Of a DNA stretch of 64,000 nt, positions 1 to 8,352 are shown in pieces (position 1 is the stretch's first letter; each line of letters opens with the position of its first letter). A model generated the notes under the pieces. That model was not told the DNA's origin and did no database searches. It worked only from the letters and a program-made list of their open reading frames with translations. The translations under genes were made by a program, and so were the position numbers. The stretch is taken from NCBI RefSeq assembly GCF_053078305.1, contig NZ_CP166879.1; one strand, 5' to 3'.

Positions 1-834
1 GAACCGGTGGTGGTGCCTCTTTCAGTCCGTGGCAGCAGTACGGTACAACCCGGGGCACCGGTATCCGGGATCCGGTCTGAAGTACCGGAGTGTCAACCGG
101 ATACGGATACAGAGGCGATGCCGGAAAGCACAGTCTCCATATTCCCCGGTACTGAGCGCGAGCAACATGGTATTACCCGGCCACTGAAAGCCGTGTCTGA
201 TACTGACACAGAGCGCACTGAAAAATGCAGTCGACCTTCTCAGGAAGAGAGCGCAGGCAGGGGGGACAGTGGGGCGTCTTCTGCTGAAAATGCCCTGCGT
301 CCTGAGATACAGCCGGATATGTACGGTGGTAAGCCAGTCTTCAGTGGTGATGTTATGGAAGATGGTGCTGCCGGAGCAGTACTGGCATCAGTTATGACAG
401 GAGATACTGCTCCGGGAACCACTGATGCTCTTCCCGCGTCGGTGACGCACTTTGCTGTGGGGCGGGATGATATCGAACATCTGCAGAATGAAGCGTTCCG
501 TCTGGCCTGGGAACTGGCTGAATCAGCCGGTTGTGCTGAAGAGATTGCCATGGACAGGGAAAGCGACCTGTCTGCCGGTTTCGGGGCAACAGTGGAGAAA
601 TGTTCTCCTGTAGTGGCGTTTCTGGCGGGTCTGGCCGGTGATGCACCGCGGACAGTCCTCCCCGTGAGTCTGAAAGACCTGCTTACAGGGGGCAGTGCAC
701 CGGAAGCGTGGCCACTGCTGGATGACGACCATGCCGTGAAGCTGCTGCGTCTTCTGAGTGTGCTGCGCCGCCTGAGAGCCCTGCAGCGCAGTGTATTACC
801 CGACGACGATGAGGGGGATGAGAATGATGAGTGA
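1..834 (+). CDS. hypothetical protein, 5' end probably truncated by window edge
   Basis: Frame 1 is open from position 1 with no upstream stop; ORF track reports 7..834 from the first GTG. Acidic C-terminus. No recognisable motif. Confidence 0.45.
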   Translation, partial: EPVVVPLSVRGSSTVQPGAPVSGIRSEVPECQPDTDTEAMPESTVSIFPGTEREQHGITRPLKAVSDTDTERTEKCSRPSQEESAGRGDSGASSAENALRPEIQPDMYGGKPVFSGDVMEDGAAGAVLASVMTGDTAPGTTDALPASVTHFAVGRDDIEHLQNEAFRLAWELAESAGCAEEIAMDRESDLSAGFGATVEKCSPVVAFLAGLAGDAPRTVLPVSLKDLLTGGSAPEAWPLLDDDHAVKLLRLLSVLRRLRALQRSVLPDDDEGDENDE

Positions 835-1552
835 TATGTCGCATCAGGAACGTCTGATCAGGCGGGTCAGGAAACTGCTGGAGCTGAGCCGTAATAACAG
901 CAATGCCCATGAGGCCGGGCTGGCGCTTGCAAGGGCGCAACAGCTGATGGCGAAACACGGTATCACGGAGCAGGATGCCGGACTTTCTTCGGTGCAGACC
1001 TCTTCATCACAGGGGGCACCTTCTGATGCTGAAAAAGTTCCGGCGTGGATGTTTCGTCTGGTCATGGTGGTGACACAGACATTTGGCTGCCGGGCGTATT
1101 ACGACTGGCGGGCGGTGCCCGGAGGCCGGTATCGCCGGTGTGTGACGTTTTACGGTTTCAGTGAACGTCCTCAGGTGGCGGCTTATGCGTTTGATGTTCT
1201 GTGCCGTCAGCTAAGGGAAGCAACGGATGCGTATCTTCGTACACAGAGCCGGAGACTGAAACTGAGCACCCGTCGTGCCCGGGCGGCTCAGTTTCGTGAT
1301 GGCTGGGTTCAGGGGATTCGTCAGGTGGTGATGCCATTCAGTGTGACAGAAGAGGAAAGTCGGCTGATGCGTCTCTGGATGGAGCAGCAGGATATGGTGA
1401 CGGTGGACTCCCGTGAGATGAAAGCCTGTCGCGGCGGTGACCTGGCCCGCTGGCAGGGGTATGAGGCCGGGAAAAATGCCTCACTGCATCATGGTGTGGG
1501 GGAGAGTGCCCGACAGGTGGTGCCGGGTCTGATGATACGGGAGGCGTCATGA
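824..1552 (+). CDS. hypothetical protein with N-terminal helical domain resembling DUF2786
   Basis: ORF 791..1552; internal ATG at 824 follows a GAGGGGG RBS. N-terminal RKLLELS..NAHEAGLALARAQQLMAKHGI pattern typical of DUF2786-type proteins. Overlaps upstream gene, suggesting coupling. Confidence 0.5.
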   Translation: MMSDMSHQERLIRRVRKLLELSRNNSNAHEAGLALARAQQLMAKHGITEQDAGLSSVQTSSSQGAPSDAEKVPAWMFRLVMVVTQTFGCRAYYDWRAVPGGRYRRCVTFYGFSERPQVAAYAFDVLCRQLREATDAYLRTQSRRLKLSTRRARAAQFRDGWVQGIRQVVMPFSVTEEESRLMRLWMEQQDMVTVDSREMKACRGGDLARWQGYEAGKNASLHHGVGESARQVVPGLMIREAS

Positions 1553-2157
1553 ATAACAGCTTGTCTCAGGCAACCAACGGTCTGCTGATGCAACTGGTGA
1601 TGGACCTCAAGAGCGGCTACCTGCGTCGCTGCGAATCTCTGGGGCTGGCCCGGGAGGAAATGCAGATGCTGCAGGGACTGACCATTGAGGAAATTCATTA
1701 CCTGTCAAACTCTGAAGTGTCGGTTATCCGGCTGGACATTAATCATGAAAACCTGCTGCGTATGCTGCAGCAGGCCCGGACGGAGCAGAAACGTCTGCAG
1801 CGCATTGACCGGGCACTGGCGCTGGGAGGCTCCATTGAACTGATGGCGTTTTACTTTGGACTTTCCAGTGTGGATGTGGCAGCGCGCCGTCGCATTGCCG
1901 GTATTGATGTTCGCCCGGGACGTGGCATCACACTGAGTGATGAGGAAAGTGCAGAGCTGTGGCGTTTATGGCAGAAGAGCGGCATCACAGATGTGGAAAG
2001 TGCGGACGGACTGGATGTCATGATGCTGGCAGCTGAGCAAATGAATATCCCGCTGACGGCGGTATGGCATGCAGTGAGGGGATGGCATCAGGGAACTGCG
2101 GGGTTTAATGATGTATCGGCCAGTCGCCGGAAACTGAACCGGGAAAAAGCAGAATGA
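1549..2157 (+). CDS. hypothetical ICE replication-region protein (possibly STY4526/DUF2857-like)
   Basis: 202-aa ORF with 4-bp overlap to upstream gene, same strand as STY4528-like gene downstream. Family assignment from memory, unverified. Confidence 0.45.
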   Translation: MNNSLSQATNGLLMQLVMDLKSGYLRRCESLGLAREEMQMLQGLTIEEIHYLSNSEVSVIRLDINHENLLRMLQQARTEQKRLQRIDRALALGGSIELMAFYFGLSSVDVAARRRIAGIDVRPGRGITLSDEESAELWRLWQKSGITDVESADGLDVMMLAAEQMNIPLTAVWHAVRGWHQGTAGFNDVSASRRKLNREKAE

Positions 2158-2171
2158 CAAGGACAAATGAC

Positions 2172-2321
2172 ATGGCCGAAATTAACTTTCAGGTACTGCG
2201 GGAGGCTGAACAGGTGAAGCGAGAGAACCAGCCGGTTGAGGCTGGAGCGTGGAAAGATGCCGTTGAGTGGGTGCTCCAGGAGGATTGCCAGGCTGTAAAC
2301 ATTCGCATCAAAGGAGAGTGA
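2172..2321 (+). CDS. small ORF (49 aa) whose C-terminal half duplicates the C-terminus of the 2615..3013 protein
   Basis: ATG 2172 to TGA 2319-2321, translating MAEINFQVLREAEQVKRENQPVEAGAWKDAVEWVLQEDCQAVNIRIKGE. Below the ORF-track size cutoff. About 112 bp of its DNA is a direct repeat of 2900..3013. Confidence 0.3.
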   Translation: MAEINFQVLREAEQVKRENQPVEAGAWKDAVEWVLQEDCQAVNIRIKGE

Positions 2322-2323
2322 AC

Positions 2324-2611
2324 ATGGCTACTTTGCAGGAATTAATCGACCTGACGCCAGAACAGGAAAAAGCGTGGAAGCGCCTTGTGAAGGCTGTAAA
2401 GGATTTCAGGGCAGCCGGAGGAAAGTTTTATAGCGTCCTGGACACGCTGAGTGCATACAACGGCGAGCACGTTGCCAGCATTGATAACGATAAGGGCTAC
2501 CACACTGCAAGAGTCTATATGCCTGGCATTGATGCGCCAGGGCTAACCAGTTGGGCTGATGACTGGCACGGCATCACGCTGAAAGATGGCGTTGAAGTGG
2601 ATGATGACTAA
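2324..2611 (+). CDS. hypothetical protein
   Basis: ORF track 2267..2611; preferred start ATG 2324 (MATLQELIDL) directly after AAAGGAGAG RBS embedded in the upstream stop region. Confidence 0.5.
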   Translation: MATLQELIDLTPEQEKAWKRLVKAVKDFRAAGGKFYSVLDTLSAYNGEHVASIDNDKGYHTARVYMPGIDAPGLTSWADDWHGITLKDGVEVDDD

Positions 2612-2614
2612 CAC

Positions 2615-3013
2615 ATGACCACGATTACCAAAGAGCGACTGCAATGGCTGGCTAACATTTCTGGCCGCGATGACATTGACGATATAGACGGCGGTGAGAT
2701 TCGTGAGCTGGCGCTTATCGCGCTGGCATCGCTGGAAGCAGAGCCTGTGGCGTCATGCATTATTGAAGATGGGGGCATGTGTGTTGACGGGGTCGGTGAG
2801 TATGTAGGTCACTCGCTGCCTGGTGGAACGTACCAGCTATACACCGCTTCACCTGTGCCGGTAGTGCCTGAAGGACTGGTTAAAGCAGTGCGCTTTTATG
2901 AACAGGTAAAGCGTGAGAATCCACCAGTTGAAACTGGGGCATGGAAAGATGCCGTTGAGTGGGTGCTCAAAGAGGCTTGCCAGGCTGTAAATATTCGCAT
3001 CAAAGGAGAGTGA
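2615..3013 (+). CDS. hypothetical protein
   Basis: 132-aa ORF, tightly packed with neighbours; C-terminus ...AWKDAVEWVLKEACQAVNIRIKGE is duplicated at 2172..2321. Confidence 0.5.
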   Translation: MTTITKERLQWLANISGRDDIDDIDGGEIRELALIALASLEAEPVASCIIEDGGMCVDGVGEYVGHSLPGGTYQLYTASPVPVVPEGLVKAVRFYEQVKRENPPVETGAWKDAVEWVLKEACQAVNIRIKGE

Positions 3014-3015
3014 GC

Positions 3016-3507
3016 GTGCAGATTTCACCAGTCACTCTTCGTGTTGCGAAGGCGTTTATATCCAGACATCACCGACACAATAAACCTCCGGTGGTGCATA
3101 AATTCAGTATTGGTCTGAGAAATGATGCGGGTGAATTGACAGGTGTGGCGACAGCCGGCAGACCTGTTGCACGCCACTTTGACGATGGGCTGACACTGGA
3201 GGTCAATCGTACCTGTACTACTGGTGAACGTAACGCTAACAGCGCACTTTATGGCGCTGTCTGGAGGGCGGCAAAAGATATGGGCTATCGCCGTTGCATT
3301 ACATACACCAGGGCTGATGAATCCGGGGCCTCTCTTCGGGCAGATGGTTTTGTTCGTGTGAAAGAACTTCCTTCAGGAAAAAGCTGGGCAGAATCAAGTG
3401 TCGCCCTGAAGAGTACACGCGATCCGGTTGGAAGCGGTGGTGTTCCTCGTGTGCTCCGGGAAATCAGGAGAATGAGCACTACTGTCATTCACATCAAAGG
3501 GGAATGA
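3016..3507 (+). CDS. hypothetical protein
   Basis: ORF track 2959..3507; preferred GTG start at 3016 after AAAGGAGAG RBS. Ends with ...IHIKGE, the same junction motif as the two upstream genes. Confidence 0.5.
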   Translation: MQISPVTLRVAKAFISRHHRHNKPPVVHKFSIGLRNDAGELTGVATAGRPVARHFDDGLTLEVNRTCTTGERNANSALYGAVWRAAKDMGYRRCITYTRADESGASLRADGFVRVKELPSGKSWAESSVALKSTRDPVGSGGVPRVLREIRRMSTTVIHIKGE

Positions 3508-3510
3508 GAT

Positions 3511-3978
3511 ATGGCTATTGCAGAGAGAATGGGTATCTCCTCGCGCGGCGATACTTACGAAATCTGGTTGGGAGCAAACTGTTATCACTACCGCTCTGAT
3601 GGTTATGCAGTGCTTCTGAAAGAAGGCAGGAATCGTGCTTATCCATGTCGGGTGACGAGTGAAACGATTAAATCTGCGCTGGCAGCAATTGTTGAATTGC
3701 AACAGAAATTAACTGCGGCAGAGAAGAAAAAGGAGTGTGAGAACCACGGGGTTCTTTTGCCAGCTGAGATGTTAATTCGCTGTCTGGAAGATCAAACAGG
3801 GGGACGGTGGATCCGTGCACATGAACCAGTAATGCTGATGAAACGATTAATCAGTAACCTGAAAAAAGCCAGACCAGAATGTACCGTTCCTGATGAAGCG
3901 CTGGCATATCTCCGGCGTAACTGTCTGGTGAATATGGGCGATATACCCGTTACCAGCAGACGGATGTCTGACGTATAA
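3511..3978 (+). CDS. hypothetical protein
   Basis: 155-aa ORF starting 3 bp after upstream stop; RBS AAAGGGGAA upstream. Confidence 0.5.
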   Translation: MAIAERMGISSRGDTYEIWLGANCYHYRSDGYAVLLKEGRNRAYPCRVTSETIKSALAAIVELQQKLTAAEKKKECENHGVLLPAEMLIRCLEDQTGGRWIRAHEPVMLMKRLISNLKKARPECTVPDEALAYLRRNCLVNMGDIPVTSRRMSDV

Positions 3979-3995
3979 CAAAAAGGAAAAGTGTA

Positions 3996-4571
3996 ATGAC
4001 ATTACCCGTAGACAGCCTGATTGCGTACACGCTGGAAAAAATGCAAGAGCGGATAGTGCAGAAAGGCCGACAACAGGACGGAAAAATACAAAGCGGACTG
4101 CTGTTTACCGGAAATGTGCATGATGCCATTCCGCGTCGACTGCTTCTGGATACTCGACTTTCTCCGCTGGATAAGATGGCGTGGATGATGATTCGGCTGT
4201 ATGCACAGAATAATGAAGGTGCAGTTTTCCCCACATATGACGAACTGCAACTGCAGCTTGCTTCCCCGGGGAAAGGAAAAGCCTCCAGGGAGACTGTCAG
4301 CCGGGTGCTGCTGATGCTGCGGATCACGGGCTGGCTGAGTCTGTGCAAACGGGTGCGTGATGAGAAAGGGCGGGTACGGGGCAATATTTATGCCCAGCAC
4401 GATGAACCGGTGACGTGCCGGGATGCTGAAATACTGGATCCACGTTATCTGGATATGGTGGCAGATGCCTGTATGAGCCGGAACCGGACCATAAGTCAGA
4501 CGGCCCGGGATATTCTGTGCGAAATAAAAAATGATCCGGGGATGCGTCATTATCACAGCCATATCAGTTAA
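3996..4571 (+). CDS. STY4528-family pathogenicity-island replication protein-like (putative winged-helix DNA-binding)
   Basis: 191-aa ORF; recognised by similarity of sequence pattern and position to the SPI-7 STY4528 family. Followed immediately by a palindromic motif array. Confidence 0.5.
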   Translation: MTLPVDSLIAYTLEKMQERIVQKGRQQDGKIQSGLLFTGNVHDAIPRRLLLDTRLSPLDKMAWMMIRLYAQNNEGAVFPTYDELQLQLASPGKGKASRETVSRVLLMLRITGWLSLCKRVRDEKGRVRGNIYAQHDEPVTCRDAEILDPRYLDMVADACMSRNRTISQTARDILCEIKNDPGMRHYHSHIS

Positions 4572-4650
4572 CTGGAAGCCCGGATAGGGAGTGCCCAGAC
4601 ACCGGGACAGATGGCGGCCCGTCAGCGGGTGACTGAGGACCGAATGCAGC

Positions 4651-4862
4651 CGGGTTCGGAAACCGAACCGGGGGTAGAAACACAGAGTTCGGTATTGAAA
4701 ATGCTGAGTTCGGATTCCGAACTCAGTGAAAAACAGGGGCAAAAAATACTGAGTTCGGATTCCGAACCATCAGAAAAATCAGAAGGTTATCACAGAGTTC
4801 GGAAACCGAACCATTACGTACGTAATATCACACACAGTGTGATTAAAAACACGTACGTATTG
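4651..4862. promoter_or_regulatory. array of palindromic GTTCGGA(A/T)(A/T)CCGAAC motifs plus adjacent perfect palindromes; candidate operator/origin
   Basis: Palindromes at about 4654-4668, 4706-4724, 4751-4768, 4795-4812, a half-site near 4685-4692, then TTACGTACGTAA (4814-4825) and ATCACACACAGTGTGAT (4827-4843). Lies between the STY4528-like gene and the RBS-supported start at 4905. Confidence 0.45.
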
Positions 4863-4904
4863 CCTGAAGCGCTGACAGGGCAAATCAGGGAGGAGGAGGC
4901 CATT

Positions 4905-5240
4905 ATGCTGACCAGTCAGTTGCAGGCGCTGCCGGAAGAACTGGCGCAGGGGGTTCTGGAAAGTCTGTCAGGGATGCTGGGCAGCCACTCGCTGCAGAAT
5001 CCTGTGGGCTGGTTGCTTGCAGTGCTGAAGCGAGCCCGGGAGGGAAATTTTTATCCGCCGAAGCAGAAACAACGTGTTGTTGTGCCAGCCTCCGTACTGG
5101 CAGGAGAAAGGGGGCGAGCTACTGCGCAATCAGTTTCATCGGGGAAACGTACGGAACCGATTTCAGCAGAACGTCTGAGTGGCATTGTGGCTGGATTACG
5201 GGCCTCGCTGCGCAGATGTTCTGCGATGAGACCTGAGTGA
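4905..5240 (+). CDS. hypothetical protein
   Basis: ORF track 4611..5240; the internal ATG at 4905 follows a very strong GGGAGGAGGAGG RBS, and the upstream part of the ORF is filled with palindromic repeats, so I take that part as non-coding. Confidence 0.45.
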   Translation: MLTSQLQALPEELAQGVLESLSGMLGSHSLQNPVGWLLAVLKRAREGNFYPPKQKQRVVVPASVLAGERGRATAQSVSSGKRTEPISAERLSGIVAGLRASLRRCSAMRPE

Positions 5241-5339
5241 TTGCGATACGGGCTATGTTCGCGGGAATAAAAATCAACCAGTGCCGCCAGCGACTGGTTA
5301 AAAAGAAAACAGAATCGGGAACTGGTCAGGTGAAACAAG

Positions 5340-5582
5340 GTGGTAAATAGCATGCAGAAATACAAACAGGAAAGTCTGAGTGCAGCCATGAAAGAAAGTG
5401 GCCTGTTGATCGCTAAAATTTGTGCCTGCGTGATTGCCGGAGTGGTGGTTATCTGGGGACTGGTGACAGGCACAGAGACCCTGCTCACTGCGCTGAAAAC
5501 AATGCACGAACAGTACGATAACAGTATGTGTTATATCGTATGTGCCACAGGGTGGTTTTTCCTGGTGTTAAGTAACTGGCTG
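5340..5582 (+). pseudogene. N-terminal fragment of a membrane-protein gene interrupted by IS66-family insertion
   Basis: GTG 5340 ORF reads into the IS end at 5583. The same frame resumes exactly after the target-site duplication at 8104 and continues to 8352. Confidence 0.6.
5575..5582. repeat. left 8-bp target-site duplication (ACTGGCTG) of IS66-family element
   Basis: ACTGGCTG immediately left of the IS end matches ACTGGCTG at 8096-8103 immediately right of the other end. Confidence 0.8.
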
Positions 5583-5612
5583 GTAAGCGTCAACGGAGCA
5601 CCGTATTGACGC

Positions 5613-7205
5613 TTATTTATTGGTGAGTACTACGTTCCATGGCAAGAGTTCATCAACTCGGTTGGAAGGCCATTCCGGCAGTACGCTCAGGATATGGCGC
5701 AGATACGCTTCCGGATCGATACCGTTCAGACGGCAGGTGCCGATCAGCCCGTACAACAGTGCTCCACGCTCGCCGCCGTGATCGCTGCCAAAGAACATAA
5801 AGTTTTTCTTTCCGAGACAGACTGCACGAAGCGCTCTTTCCGCAGCATTATTATCCGCCTCCGCCAGACCGTCATCACTGTAATAACAGAGGGCATCCCA
5901 CTGATTCAGTACATAGCTGAACGCTTCGCCCAGTCTGGATTTTTTCGACAGCGTACCATTCTTCTCCACCATCCATTCATGCAGCGACGTCAGTAACACT
6001 TTGCTTCGCTGCTGCCTGACGGAAAGACGCTCTGACTCCGGTAATCCCCGTATTTCATCCTCGATGGCGTACAGTTCACTGATTCGCTTCAGGGCTTCTT
6101 CTGCCTTCGCACTTTTGCTGCTGATGTATACATCGTGGATTTTTCGCCGGGCATGGGCCCAGCACGCAACTTCTGTCAGTGCACCACCTTCACGTTCTGC
6201 ACTGAACAACCTGTCGTAACCTGTGAACGCATCCGCCTGCAGGATACCCCGGAAGGGGCGGAGGTGTTGCTCCGGGTGTTTCCCCTGCCGGTTCGGCGAG
6301 TACGCGAACCAGACCGCTGGAGGAGATGACGAACCCACATTGCGATCATCCCGGACATACGTCCAGATACGCCCTGTTTTCGCCTTTTTCTGACCCGGTG
6401 CCAGTACCTTTACCGGTGTGTCATCAGTGTGAACCTTGCGGGTGTTCATTACATAACGGTACAGGGCATCATTCACCGGTGTCATTAACTGGCAGCACGC
6501 GTCAACCCAGTTGGAGAGTAAGGCCCGGCTCAGTTCGACACCCTTGCGGGCAAAGATTTCACTCTGACGATACAGTGGCAGATGTTCGCAGTATTTTCCC
6601 GTTAACACGCGGGCAAGTAATCCGGGGCCCGCGATACCACGCTCTATCGGGCGGGACGGCGCCGGTGCTTCAACGATGCAGTCACATTTTGTACAGGCTT
6701 TTTTTACCCGTTCTGTGCGGATCACTTTCAGGGCGCTGCTCACCAGTTCCAGTTGTTCTGCACTGACTTCCCCCAGATAATCCAGCTCACCGCCACACTC
6801 CGGGCAACAGCTTTCTTCAGACTCCAGACGGTGTATTTCACGGGGAAGGTGTGCCGGTAACGGACGACGATGGCGCGACTGTCGCAACTGGCGGGGAACC
6901 TGTGGATCGTCTTCCCGCCCACTGTAACGATCGCTGTCCTGTTCGCGTTGTTTCAGCAGGGCCTCAGCCTGTTCAACTTCACGACGCAGTTTTTCAGAAC
7001 GGGTACCGAACAGCATCCGGCGCAGTTTTTCTATCTGAGCCCGCAGATGTTCTATTTCCCGTTCATCTTCTTCGATCTTTTCTTCGGCACGTGCCAGTGC
7101 AGAGCGCAGGAAGGCCTCCGTCTCTTCAACCAGACTCAGTTGCTGGTCTTTCTGACGGAGCTGGCTTTCCAGTTCTGCAATGCGAATGAGGTATTTCTGA
7201 CTCAT
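5613..7205 (-). CDS. tnpC: IS66-family transposase (TnpC / Orf3)
   Basis: 530-aa ORF with N-terminal leucine-zipper-like coiled coil, CPECGGE zinc-finger motif and the conserved IS66 transposase core. Confidence 0.9.
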   Translation of the reverse strand: MSQKYLIRIAELESQLRQKDQQLSLVEETEAFLRSALARAEEKIEEDEREIEHLRAQIEKLRRMLFGTRSEKLRREVEQAEALLKQREQDSDRYSGREDDPQVPRQLRQSRHRRPLPAHLPREIHRLESEESCCPECGGELDYLGEVSAEQLELVSSALKVIRTERVKKACTKCDCIVEAPAPSRPIERGIAGPGLLARVLTGKYCEHLPLYRQSEIFARKGVELSRALLSNWVDACCQLMTPVNDALYRYVMNTRKVHTDDTPVKVLAPGQKKAKTGRIWTYVRDDRNVGSSSPPAVWFAYSPNRQGKHPEQHLRPFRGILQADAFTGYDRLFSAEREGGALTEVACWAHARRKIHDVYISSKSAKAEEALKRISELYAIEDEIRGLPESERLSVRQQRSKVLLTSLHEWMVEKNGTLSKKSRLGEAFSYVLNQWDALCYYSDDGLAEADNNAAERALRAVCLGKKNFMFFGSDHGGERGALLYGLIGTCRLNGIDPEAYLRHILSVLPEWPSNRVDELLPWNVVLTNK

Positions 7206-7235
7206 GACCGTTTTTATAATGCGGTCAGGATTTTT

Positions 7236-7586
7236 TTACAACATTGTCAGTGAGTTACGGCGGGATGTTTTTGGCTGACGCCAGTCCAGCTTATCGAGGA
7301 GCATTGCCAGTTGCGAGCGGGTAATGGATACCTTGCCGTCACGTACCGCAGGCCAGATAAACTGGCCTTCCTCCAGGCGTTTAGTGAACAGGCACAGACC
7401 ATCAGCATCAGCCCAAAGAATTTTAACGGTGTCACCCCGTCGGCCACGGAAGATAAACAGGTGACCGGAGAAGGGATTATCATTCAGCACATGTTGTACC
7501 TGTTCTCCCAGTCCGTTGAAGGATTTACGCATATCGGTAACGCCGGCAACGAGCCAGATACGGGTACCTGATGGGAGTGAGATCAT
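7236..7586 (-). CDS. tnpB: IS66-family accessory protein TnpB (Orf2)
   Basis: 116-aa ORF typical of IS66 Orf2, 4-bp overlap with tnpA. Confidence 0.85.
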   Translation of the reverse strand: MISLPSGTRIWLVAGVTDMRKSFNGLGEQVQHVLNDNPFSGHLFIFRGRRGDTVKILWADADGLCLFTKRLEEGQFIWPAVRDGKVSITRSQLAMLLDKLDWRQPKTSRRNSLTML

Positions 7587-8008
7587 CTTCCCCTCCCGGT
7601 CAGTTCACGGATCAACACCGTGAGCAGCTCTGGCGATGGATTTTCCAGCGTCATGTTACCGTGACGGAATTCCACCTTGCAGGAGCTGGCACTGACTCTG
7701 GTCTGAGAGGTAGTGGATAAAGATGGCGCAATGGCCACCACAGGTTCTTTCTGCTCATCCGGCGTTATTTCTACAGGTAATAATTCAACGCCAGTGTCAG
7801 AAGAGGTCGTTACCGGAAGACGCCGCGAAACACGCCCTTCGTTCTGCCAGAGCCTGAGCCATTTGAACAGGAGGTTATCATTGATATCGTGTTCCCGGGC
7901 GATACGGGCAACAGAGGCTCCTGGTTGCAAAGCCAGTTTAACCATTTGAAGTTTAAAATTATTTGAAAATGATCTGCGGGGTTCTGCGGATAATGTTTTT
8001 TGCTCCAT
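7583..8008 (-). CDS. tnpA: IS66-family TnpA (Orf1), helix-turn-helix protein
   Basis: 141-aa ORF at the 5' end of the IS66 operon; N-terminal HTH-like region. Confidence 0.8.
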   Translation of the reverse strand: MEQKTLSAEPRRSFSNNFKLQMVKLALQPGASVARIAREHDINDNLLFKWLRLWQNEGRVSRRLPVTTSSDTGVELLPVEITPDEQKEPVVAIAPSLSTTSQTRVSASSCKVEFRHGNMTLENPSPELLTVLIRELTGRGR

Positions 8009-8095
8009 AACAGGCGTCCACTAGTTTGAAAAGGTGGGCACCTACGTTACCAATACTGGCTTAATGGCTACATACGGCAGTCGGTTTACGCTTAC

Positions 8096-8103
8096 ACTGG
8101 CTG
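8096..8103. repeat. right 8-bp target-site duplication (ACTGGCTG) of IS66-family element
   Basis: Identical to 5575-5582. Confidence 0.8.
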
Positions 8104-8352
8104 TGGATCACATACAGTCTTTATAAAGCGCGTACAGGCAGTACAGTCGGAGGGGGCCTGCAATTTATGCTCCTCCTGAGTCTGCTGGCAGAATGCTTTT
8201 CATTTTTTGTGATTTTCTGGTCATTGTCTCATCTGGATATAACCGACATTCAGTTGCTCGTGATGGGGATAACAACATTAATGCTGTTTTTGTCTCTGAA
8301 CGTTAAGGTAGTAGTCATCATTAACCATGTTGCCAGTGGCAACAGTGATTAA
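8104..8352 (+). pseudogene. C-terminal fragment of the IS66-interrupted membrane-protein gene
   Basis: In frame with 5340..5582 once the IS and one TSD copy are removed; hydrophobic sequence (ORF track 8167..8352 is its tail). Its 3' end runs into the first unit of the tandem palindrome array. Confidence 0.5.

Larger units (their letters stand above)
5583..8095 (-). mobile_element. IS66-family insertion sequence (about 2.5 kb)
   Basis: Three-ORF organisation on the minus strand (tnpA, tnpB, tnpC). Imperfect terminal inverted repeats beginning GTAAGCGT at both ends (5583 onward, and reverse complement of 8095 backward). Flanked by 8-bp direct repeats. Confidence 0.85.

Noticed and set aside
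2267-2323. Upstream in-frame extensions of ORF-track entries (for example 2267, 2959, 9193, 20119, 31749, 32134, 37316, 61546, 61959)
   Set aside because: These extensions overlap the preceding gene and lack an RBS, while internal starts with a Shine-Dalgarno and stop/start coupling are present; the internal starts were used.
4611-4904. N-terminal part of ORF 4611..5240
   Set aside because: It is filled with palindromic repeats and gives a repetitive LSSDSE translation, and a very strong RBS precedes the internal ATG at 4905; treated as intergenic regulatory DNA.
5583-5609. C-terminal 9 codons of ORF 5340..5609
   Set aside because: These codons are encoded by the IS66 terminal inverted repeat; the native gene continues at 8104 after the insertion.
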